Below, piece after piece: positions 1-10,600 of a DNA stretch of 64,000 nt. The DNA lies in assembly GCA_965204345.1 (NCBI GenBank), contig OZ241981.1, forward strand, positions 160,001 to 224,000, written 5' to 3'. The position numbers and the translations under genes are program-made. The first letter of the stretch is position 1. Every line of letters begins with the position of its first letter. The stretch comes from Nitrosopumilus sp. GTDB taxonomy: Archaea; Thermoproteota; Nitrososphaeria; Nitrososphaerales; Nitrosopumilaceae. A model generated the notes under the pieces. It did no database searches and had not been told where the DNA came from. It worked only from the letters and a program-made list of their open reading frames with translations.

Positions 1-513
1 TAGATGCCAAGCATCAGATTTTTTTTGGTTTAAATGAGCATTATCATGATGGCGTTTTAAACAGCTTGTCTAACCTTCTGGCATCTCATTTCCATAGGTT
101 TTACAATAAGGCACAAATACCTTCAATTATGACAGCGTCTGTCTTTTTGAGACCACCACTAAAGACTTTCTCACGATCTCTTATCCCACCATTTGGTCTC
201 TTCCATCTTTTGTTATTTAATCGTCTTTGAGATGAATATGCCTTCATTGAATAAGATTAAAACATAAGACTATTGGTTTTTTCTTTAGTTCACTCAACAT
301 GTCTTTTAATGTACAAATGTTTTGTGATGCAACTTTTTTCAAATTTTTCATCCCCTGTTCCATCCAATCCGTTTTATTATTAAACCCATTTTCACGATTC
401 AATACACATTGATCCAATTTTGCTAGATCGTCAGAAATACCCCTAGTGTTGATACTTGATGAATGCTGTAAACCGTGTATGTTAGCTTCTAGCAGCACCC
501 AAAGATTACACAA
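1..513 (-). pseudogene. Possible degraded IS5-like transposase remnant
   Basis: Broken minus-strand frames; segment 'KRWKRPNGGIRDREKVFSGGLKK' resembles the W-K...G..R..E..FS..K tail of IS5-type DDE transposases; weak, by eye. Confidence 0.25.
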
Positions 514-545
514 ATCTTTTTATCTATAATATTTTATAATTATCA

Positions 546-1514
546 TTGGAATATCTTGATGAATTAAATGATAATGACGCTGTAAATTTGGACCTCATTA
601 TCATACATAAAGAAAAACCAACAGTCACAAAAAATCCAGAAAAATATATGACCGTACTTCAGATAGCCGATAAAACCAAAACAATCAAAGCCAGGTTTTT
701 TGGTACAGTATCACAATGTACTGATTTTTACAACAATATTTCTATTAATAAAGTGTATAAAATTGTAGGCAGCTTTAGTGAAAAATATAACAGCATCACT
801 ATAAACCATCATGAATTGGAATTGGTTACTGAACCTGATTTTTCAAAACTTGAAAAAGAAATCAGAACTGATCCAGACCAAGTTCATGATTTAATGGCTT
901 TTATTGAAAAAATTAAAGATAAACAAATTAAGCAAATTTTGGATAAAGTTCTTCAGAGAAAAGATCTTATTGAGAAGGTCTCCTGCTGGCCTGCTGCTTC
1001 ATCCTATCATCATGCTTATCCTGGTGGATTGATCACTCATATTTTAGAGATGTTAAGATTGAGTGAATCTATATGCAATGAATATAAAAATATTAATCGT
1101 GATCTTTTATTTTGTGGTTGTATACTACATGACATAGGGAAGATTATTGAATACGATGTACAATACTCTACAACATTTTCTCAAAAAGGCAGACTATTAT
1201 CACACATACCAATCGGTTTTTTCATAATCGGTGAGATTATTATCAAAGAAACTAACTGCAGTAATGAGATGCAAAATCATATTTTACATATGATATTAAG
1301 TCATCATGGAGATCCTAAAACAAGTCAATCATTTATGCCGCCAAAAACTTTGGAAGCTGTCGCCCTGCATAATGTTGATAAGTTATCTGCTACTTTGGCT
1401 CCGTTAAATGAATTATCTGTTGATACCAAAGGATGGAAGAAAATTAAAGATATGGAATATTATTTTGGAGATGAAGAATCTGAACAAACATCTAATTCTT
1501 TGGGCAATGATTGA
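546..1514 (+). CDS. YhaM/Cbf1-like OB-fold + HD-domain 3'-5' exonuclease
   Basis: N-terminal OB-fold (LQIADKTKTIKARFF), PAASSYHHAYPGGLITH, LHDIGK HD motif, LSHI, SHHG, P.TLEA..LH..D. Confidence 0.85.
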   Translation: MEYLDELNDNDAVNLDLIIIHKEKPTVTKNPEKYMTVLQIADKTKTIKARFFGTVSQCTDFYNNISINKVYKIVGSFSEKYNSITINHHELELVTEPDFSKLEKEIRTDPDQVHDLMAFIEKIKDKQIKQILDKVLQRKDLIEKVSCWPAASSYHHAYPGGLITHILEMLRLSESICNEYKNINRDLLFCGCILHDIGKIIEYDVQYSTTFSQKGRLLSHIPIGFFIIGEIIIKETNCSNEMQNHILHMILSHHGDPKTSQSFMPPKTLEAVALHNVDKLSATLAPLNELSVDTKGWKKIKDMEYYFGDEESEQTSNSLGND

Positions 1515-1630
1515 TAATCACTACATGCATCCCTTTCTATGATTAGATAAAAAAGATCACCTAACTGATCAAAATAATAAAGTGTCATTTGATTGTATGT
1601 TTTGCTTTATTTTATCTGTTGAAATAAACG

Positions 1631-1698
1631 AATTTCACGCCTAAACTTTGTCACTTTGGTTCTTTCCTAGCTTAGCACACTTGAAAAATCCCCAAGAT
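1631..1698 (+). repeat. Dispersed ~68-bp intergenic element, copy A
   Basis: Ungapped 53/68 match to 24837-24904; inverted, more diverged copy at ~23101-23167. Confidence 0.7.
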
Positions 1699-1752
1699 GT
1701 AATATAGGCTATTAATAAGTATAAATAACTACAGTTATGGTTGCTGCTATTC

Positions 1753-3995
1753 TTGAATTTAAAAGTAACATTGCCGATGATAATTTTCTCACTAGTCCTC
1801 CTGTTTGCATATCCTTTAGATTCTGCATCCTAGACTGATGATGAGGATGCACAGCTTGCAGTGCCAGGCAATCTTATCCCGGCTGAGAATACATTAGGTT
1901 CTGTTGCAAGTGTGGATGTACCACCCAAGTTTGATGGCGGCTTTTATGGCAAAATCCAGGCCTCATATCTGAGGTACCCCAAGATGGCGACTATGGGGTA
2001 CATGACGGCACGCGATACTATGATGTCCTAATTATAGTGGCCAGAAGTGATGGTATAGATGCAGATGAGACAGCGCGCAAGAACAAGGATGCAATAGTAC
2101 AGAGACTTGATCTTCTTGGCGCACGTAACATAGCATCTGCAGAGTCACTCTCATTTGTGACTGCATCCATCCCAGTTGCAGACGTTCTGGGACTCTCACT
2201 TTATGACGAGGTATATGCCATGGGAGATGGTGAAATTCCCGTGACTCTGGAGATTGATACGGCTACGGGAACCGTACATGCAACTCCCGATGAGATTCAT
2301 ACTGCGACTGGCACAAATCTTGATGGCAGTGGAGTTGTTGTGGCAATCATTGACAGAGGCATCAACCACGATATCGCATTTATGGGCAGAATCGATGGGC
2401 GTGTAGAGTGCGATGATACGTGTGAGCCTGCAACTGCTGATACTGTGATCGGCGTTAATAGTACTAATCATCTTTCTCGTAATTTTACATCCCATGGTAC
2501 GCATATAGCCCAAATCCTTGCCGCATCAGGACTGCCTGCTCATAACGGCATTGCCCCTGGTGTAAAACTTTTGGATGCCTCAATTACCAGGCACAGTGTA
2601 GATGACGATAACAACCGTACCTTCATTAGTGCAAACAGAAATGACGTGGCACATGCCCTTGACTGGTCTCTCAAAAAAGGAGCCGACATGGCAGTCATGA
2701 GTTTTGGTTTTGGAATCTGCAGTGGAGATTATGGAAAGACAACCAACCTCATCACAAATGAGGCAGTTGACAAGGGAATGGTTCTAGTATCATCTGCAGG
2801 AAACAGGGGCATAATTTATGGAGCGCCAAACCAGCCAGTTTATCATCTATATTCTGATATGTTTTGTATATGCAATAATGGCATAATTTATGGAGCGCCA
2901 AACCAGCCAGTTTATCAGTCTATAACTCATCTCGGATGCGGACACAATGAAATTACCGTAGGCGGAATAAATGATCGTGGTCAAACAATAACAAGGGCAG
3001 ATTTTTCAGGCATGGGTCCCGTACCCGGAACAGTCCTGCTAAAGCCTGAGATAGTTGCACCTGCACATCATATTCAGACACTGGACAATGTTGCAGAAGC
3101 TGACACTTTTAGTCCTCGGTCCGGAACCAGCCTTGCTGCTCCCCAGGCAAGTGCAACTGCTGCCCTGTTGCTACAGGCAAAACCTGATCTGACCCCAGTT
3201 GAGATAAAGACAATACTTCTTCTTGGGGCTGACTGGCAGGGTCCAATCCCTTGCACGTCTGCACAGTATGAAAAAAACAATTCCACCGACAACTGTTCTC
3301 ATGCCAGACAGCCCTCGGATCCTTTTGAGGCAACCAATGTTGCATCCCTTGGAATACTAAACAATGTGGGCTTTGGCATACTAAACACAGCAGAGTCACT
3401 CAGGTATGCTCACAGTGAATCATCCCATGTAATGTCACACTATCTAAAGTCAGATACGCATACAAAGCAGTACGAGTTTGACGTACAGGACACATCAAAG
3501 CCAGTCAAAGTGATACTGTCATGGCTGGTTCATCCGCATGGCAGTATAACCGGACAGTTGACGACTAATGATACAGCAGTCCCTATTACCAATCTTGATT
3601 TTACAATATTGTCTCCGGATAATGCTACAATACAGGCAACATCATCCCACCAGACAAACGAGTTTGCAGTGTTTGCCCCCACTCTACTAGGAACATACAC
3701 CATAACAGTTAGCGGCTCTAACATTGATAACATAAACAAGCCTGTACAAAACTTTGCACTGGCAAGTACCAATCCTCTTACACTTGTAGGTGACAGTATA
3801 CTGGAGAGAAAAATAGAGAGATACAACTCTACACAAATCAGAATTACAGATATCACAGAAGACATTAAACAGTTAGAGCAAAAATTACAGGACAAAAAAG
3901 ACAATCTGGCAGAACTAGACTCGTTACTTTCCAAGCTTTATCTGCAAATTATAGAATTGGCCCCTGATGGTTACGAATTTCCATTCAAGGATTGA
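1753..3995 (+). pseudogene. S8 subtilisin-like serine protease; 5' end disrupted (TAG at 1831, frameshift ~1960), catalytic ORF 2037-3995 intact
   Basis: Triad motifs IIDRG, HGTH, GTSLAAP and oxyanion SAGN; signal peptide MNLKVTLPMIIFSLVLLFAYP from TTG 1753 lies in another frame and is stopped; C-terminal coiled coil. Confidence 0.8.
2808..2917. repeat. Repeat-spacer-repeat unit 1: 38-bp perfect direct repeat around 34-bp unique insert
   Basis: GGCATAATTTATGGAGCGCCAAACCAGCCAGTTTATCA at 2808-2845 and 2880-2917. Confidence 0.95.
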
Positions 3996-4409
3996 ATCTT
4001 TTATTTAATGTATGCAACAAGATAACAAATGCCTGATGCATCCAAACTACTGCATCCCGTGTTAATAGTTTGCAAAAATCAAAAATATGCCATAAATTAA
4101 ACTTAGCAAACAAGTTATTAGATTGATTATTGATATCTGCTGCCAACAGGTTATAGATGTCTAATGGTCCAAAGCAAAAATATCTGTGTTGGGAAAATGC
4201 CATCATGTGCTGTCAATCTTGCGCTGTTTCCAATTTTTCAACAGCAAGATGAATATCCTCTTGCAGTTTGCTGGCAAATTCAGGTGATCAATTCATCAAA
4301 ATTTGCCAGAACCAAGTAGAACAAGTGTGGAAAAAGGATCTCCAAATTCAGAGACCTAAAAATTGTCCCCTAAATTCAAAATAATCTGCTGCTGCTGCTG
4401 TTGATATGA

Positions 4410-4597
4410 ATCAAAATTGTATAAGGTAGTTGGTTGAATTTTGGAAATTATTGGTTAGCTGATCATTGGAACTTGACGGCAAAGTAGAAGAGACGATTTT
4501 CTCAGATATTTAATTATCAAAAAACCCCAAAGAAATGCAGTTTAGATACTTGAATTTGTGGTTTATGGCATGGAACACCAAAATTTGCCAGAACCTC
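4410..4597 (+). repeat. Degenerate intergenic repeat upstream of the giant gene (partner at ~12345-12530)
   Basis: Colinear shared blocks TTGAC.G.AAA, AAGAGACG.TTTTCT, AAAAA.CCCAAA, ATTTGTGG, TGGCAT..AACACCAAAA.TT..CAGAAC. Confidence 0.55.
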
Positions 4598-4621
4598 GTT
4601 AGCTATTATTAATAACATGGC

Positions 4622-7600
4622 ATGCCCACACTATCTATGGCCGGAATTGCAGTGTCTGGATTTTTGGTTTTGGTTGCCGTGATGATGATAATGGCAGTGA
4701 TGATGCCAGCACATGCTGCAACCTCGGACTCGCCACTTGACCAGCATCATGCAGGCATACCAATAGATGGGATTCAGTGCAATGACGGCAAGCTTTTGAT
4801 GGTGAACCTTGCAGGCAAGCCAGTTTGCGTAACTGGTGATTCTGCCATGAAATTAGGAGACGGGGGCAGCAGCGGCAGCAGCATATATGCCACGACGGCA
4901 CACACACCAGAAACATCCCAAAAAGCCAATGAACCTTTAAGTGAAAAGATCACAAGCCAGACAGACACGCATGTATTTACTGACAAAGAAAAGCAGATTA
5001 TCGCTGATTACAAGAAATCTTCAATATTATCATCACCTGGAATTCTTATACACAGTTATTCCTTAGATCTCTCAGAATCACCCAAGGTGGGCCAAACTGC
5101 TATGATAAACTTTACCGGTATCTACACTGATAATACAAATTTTGAGCCATACATGGAACCATTCACGCTAAAAGTATTTGCCAATCCTGGTGACAAAGTT
5201 TTGTTTCATGATGATGCAGTAACAAATGCAGGCTCTGATGATCCAACCATCTTTGTGCCATTTGATAATAAAGTCGGATATGTAGTAGATGAGCCCGTGC
5301 CGGGTAGGGCTTATACCGTGATGGTTACTGTAGAAATTCTAGAGGAGGGATTTATTGAAATTGACGCATTGCGCTTTGATTCTTTAGAATCCCGTGGCGG
5401 TGTCTACCTTGCAATATCTGATGAATATTCTATATCAGAAAATGAGTATATGGATGAGGGACACACATTTTTGGATCACATCATTTTAGCTAGGGCATCT
5501 AGTTCTGAATCTTTTGCACCTCAAGAAGATAGCGGACTTGGCAATGAAGCGAGGTCTGAGGATGAGATAGTTGATGAGGTTTTGACGGATAAAAGAGTAG
5601 CTGAAATATATGCCAACCACCTGCGACTTTTGGGTGAGATAGTTGTCAATGATATTGGCAAAGTCAATGACGATTTAATTGGATGGCTTGCTGATAAATC
5701 CCTTCCATTAGATGATGTAAAAATTATTTTGAGACACTCTAATTTCACGCAGGCGCAAGTAGATGATGTAATGGAGAGATACGAGGCAGATTATACTGGT
5801 CCCCCGGATATGACGGATGGTGAAGCAACAGCAGCAGCAGCAGCAACAACAGTAGTAGCAGCAGCAGCAACAACAACAACAACAACAGCAGATGGCTCCC
5901 CCACAGATACCGCTGCTGCCCCAGCATTCCCCGTAGCTGCAACTCAGGAGGCGTCTGTTGGTGCAGCAGAAGACTCTTCTTCCAACACTTTTTCCATTGA
6001 AGGCACCGTATCTGCTCAACTTTATCTTTCCCGCACCACGCAACCCATCAACGGGATAGAAGTCTGTGCCTATGATCAACTTGGATCTACCCGTAGTGCA
6101 TTGACTGTATTGCTTACAACTGAGGGTGAAGATGCCTGCACATTTACATCCAACAGGGGAGAATATCGCATAGATTCTATCCAAAATGATGATCCTGATG
6201 ATGAATCAAATGTTGATCTAGTTATCAGAGTTAGTTCCAGGGGTTCAAATGATTTAGTCGTGCATGGTATATCTGGTGTTTATATAGAGTCATCTACCAG
6301 AGTTTTGAACTTTAGTGATGATACAAGAATGTTTGATTTTGTATTGAACGGCCGTGATGCAAGAGCATCTGGTATAATCAATGCAATCTCTGATGGCCGT
6401 GATTTTTTTAGTCATCACGGTATTCCTCCTGAGGAGCTTACTGTAAAGTGGGAGTATCGTAGACTTGCTAGTGTTTTTCCAGACTATACCCGTAACAATG
6501 CTGGATATATACTATCTGCGAACACCATATTTCTTAGCAGTTTTCCTTCTATCGCTGATAATGCTTTACACAAAGATCTCATATTGCATGAATTTGGCCA
6601 CTATATTATGGATATACAAGGTGTATTTCCATTCCTGCTGCGTTGTTACACTGATCTAAACAATGATGGTGATTTTGATGATATCGGTGAGACATCTCAT
6701 TATCTTCAACACCCAACTAATCGTACATGTGCATGGACAGAAGGTTGGGCTAATTTTGTTCCTAATTTAGTTACCAATTCGTCAAGTTTCGATAGTACCC
6801 CTTTTGGTATTATTAATTTGGAGCAAGACAGACAACAGTTAACTACTAATAACTTTATAGATTTTTTACCCGTAGATGACTTTGATCTTATTGGAGAACT
6901 CGTTGAAGGACAGGTAGCCGGAGCGCTATGGGATATCAAAGATCATAACGTTGATGAAATATTTGACAATTTAGAACAAAGCAGTAACGGTACTAACTTA
7001 GATAACCTGCAATTAGGCGATGATGAAATTATTGATGTATTTAAGAATGGAAGATATCATAATTTTAGAGATTTCTATGCTGCATGGGAAGATACAGAAT
7101 ATGATTCTTCATCTGACATTATGAGACTTCACCACATGAACTTTGCAATCCCAAACGATCTACCCCCGCCATCAAACATAGTGACTGACAGTTTTAACAC
7201 GCTTGACAATTGGAGTCAATCTGGCGCCTCTTGTTCGGTTCGCATCTCTGAGATTTGTTTTAACACGCTTGACCATTGGAGTCAATCTGACAATGACATG
7301 TGGGAGATAAATAGTGCCCACAAAACCATTCCAGATTCTGCCAGCGACAATACGGTGGCAACATCTAGCAACTGTGGTTCCGCTTGTTTTATTACACTTA
7401 ACCAGCCACTAGACATAAGAGAGCCTCTTGTAGTATCCTTTGATAGATTTGTTGATAGGAGAATTAACTCAGATGAAGGTCTGTATGTGCAGTACATGAC
7501 AGACTCTAGATGGGTGACACTGGCACAATATACTGGTATGAATGGGAATAATACCGACAACTGGCACTCTGAAGCCCTGACACTTAGCCTACGTGATCAA

Positions 7601-10600
7601 TCACAGACATTACTGCGATTTGTGGCAGACTCAAGCGGAGACAATGAATTCGTAGAGATTGATAATTTTAACATCTCGCCACTACCATTCACATTTACAG
7701 CCGGATTTACAACCGAATTCGTCATTACTCTGTATTTCCCTGTAGGACATGATACTAATTTTACAGCAAGTGATTTTAGCCTGTCTGAGGGAGCAATCAA
7801 CTCTATTAGTGTTAGTCGCAATGGCGAAATATTGCGCATGTTTACATCAGGCATTCCATATAGTACGCCAGTTACAGTAACCTATGTTGGTTCTGATTTT
7901 GGTTTTGATGGCAGTGATTCACAGTCACGCCCCACAGCCACCGTAACCAACTTCGGAAGGCCAGATAGATCAACCTTTGCTGATATCACTTTGCGTAACG
8001 GAGAGACCCGTACTGTAAGCGTGTCTGCACCCAATGCCGACCATGGACCAGTTTCATGGGACCTATTAGAAGCTCCAGACTTTGTCAGCATATCCCGTAC
8101 TGGTAATGGTACGGCAGACGTTATCATCTCTCCGCATAACGCCACCGTTGGCACTTATCTTGTTCGGGTATTCGCGGAGGTTGTCTCATTTTCTGGTCGG
8201 TCAATAGATATTCATGTAACTATTGACGACGGCGACGACAATACTGACCCGCCAGATACCACAAACCCTGTAATTACTGCTCCTGCTGATCTCACTGTAG
8301 AGGCTACCGACATTCGTACACCTGTGAATACTGGTACGGCATCAGCTGCAGACAATTCAGGTCCAAGCCCTGACATAACTCACGACGCACCACCAGACAA
8401 TTTCCCACTTGGCCCCACAACAGTTACATGGACTGCCACAGATGCTGCAGGAAACACAGCTACTGCAACACAGACGATAACCGTACAAGACACAACACCG
8501 CCTGCAATACAAAAGCCTGAAGATATTACAGAAGAGGCTACCTCATCACTAACTGCAATACAGCTGGCAGACCCCACAGTAACAGATATCTTTCCTTTTA
8601 CCATAAATAGCAACGCAACTGCATCGTTTCCTCTGGGTGATACCATAATCGCATGGACTGCCACTGACGAATCTAGGAATATCTCTACAACAACTAGTAC
8701 GGTAACCCTAGTGGATACCACTCCTCCCACAATAGTACAGCCTGCACCAATAACTGTGGATGCCACAGCAGAACTTACACCCGTATCAATAAGCGCGCCA
8801 GCTGCAACTGACACGGTGGACTCAGGCGTTGTTGTTGCTGTAACTGACAGTAATACTGCATCATTTGCCGTTGGAACACACAACGTGGTATGGACTGCCA
8901 CAGATGATTCAGGAAATACCGCAACTCTCACACAGACAGTTACTGTCAGGGATGCAGTCCCAACAGACCCTCCAGACAATCCTGATACCGTTACCCTAAC
9001 CGTCTCTGTAGCTACAACTGCAGGTGATCTCACCAACCTTGCTACGGTACCATTTACGGCAACATTCAACAAGGATGTTGTCTTTGACCTAGGTGACATT
9101 ACAGTAACTGGTACTGCAAATGACGGCAATCCCACAGCATCCAACCTTGGCAGAACAGGCAGTATCTACACCTTTGATGTGGCACGCGGCTCCACAGACG
9201 GAACCGTGACCGTATCCATAGATGCAAACGCGCTAACAGACTCTGCAGGCAACCCCAACACTGCATCTGCTCCAGTTACCGTCACCATAGACACCCTTGC
9301 CCCGGCAGTCTCTGTAACTTCGTCTGCAGGCAGCCGCACCGGACTTGATACGGTACCATTTACAGTAGAATTTAACGAAGACGTTGAGAACTTTGTCCTA
9401 GATGACATTACAGTGACAGGCGATGCCAACGGTGGAACCCTTGCAGCAACCGGCTTTGAGACAGTTGATGCCCGCACATACACCTTTAACGTTGCAGGCA
9501 TATCCTCAGACGGAACCGTAACTGTATCAGTTGCAGCAGATGTGGCAGCAGACCTTGCAGGCAACCCCAACACCGCATCTGCCCCAGTTACCGTCACCGT
9601 AGACACCACAGTCCCATCAGTATCACTGGACACAACTGCTGCTGATCCTACCAACTCTGAGGTCATACCATTTACTGCAATCTTTAGCGGCAATGTCACA
9701 GGATTTGAGCGGTCTGACATCGTTGTGGCAATTGACGGAACCCAGGTATCTAACTCTGAGATTAGTCTTGACCTTGGAGGGGAAAATTCCGTTGTTGTGT
9801 CAATTGGCAGTACACAGGCATCAGATAGCCTGATAACTGCCTTTAATGTAATTAATGGCACCCATTACAACTTTGCAGTCACACACGGGATCACCACAGA
9901 TGGCAAGCTAGCAGTAAGCATACCTGATGGTGTGGTGGCAGGGGGCAACACGGGTGCCGTACATACTATTACGGTGGACATGGTAAACCCATCCGTATCT
10001 ATCACGCCTGCTGATGGCACCACCATTACTGGTGATGACCCTGTAACGTTTACTGCAACATTTGATGAGGACGTTGAGAACTTTGAGCTGGATGACATTA
10101 CAATAGCGGGCACTGCCAATGGCGGCACCCCCACAGCATCCAACATTAATGGAGAAGGCAGTGTCTACACCTTTAATGTGGCACGCGGCTCCACAGACGG
10201 AACAGTAACCGTATCAATAGGTGCAGGTATGGCAGCCGACCTTGCAGGCAATCCCAATGAGGCATCTAATTCAGTTACCGTCACCATCAGCACCACAGGA
10301 GATGAGATTGAGGCAGATATCCCCTCTGGAGGTGATGGTGGCGTAGTGACATATGAGCCATCCTCAAATCTGATCACCCTCAACGTGGTATCTGACACAT
10401 TGCCTGACACAATTATTGCCACTGATGGCCAGCTGCTTGACTTTAATGCCACCCCCACGTTTGCTGATGATGCTGCAAGCGGAGTAAAGAGTGTGAGAAT
10501 TTCTGATTCTACAACTGAGGTTATCACTGATGTCTCTGATTCCCAAACTGTATCTGTCACTTATCCAGCAGGTATAGTTGTAAACGGTTCATCAAATGAT

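Noticed and set aside
5560-5645. GG.TGAGATAGTTG recurring at 72-bp period
   Set aside because: Only 13/14 nt match; too short to count as another unit.
6949-7053. DEIFD/DEIID recurrence at 69-bp period
   Set aside because: About 60% identity in AT-rich acidic codons; compatible with chance.
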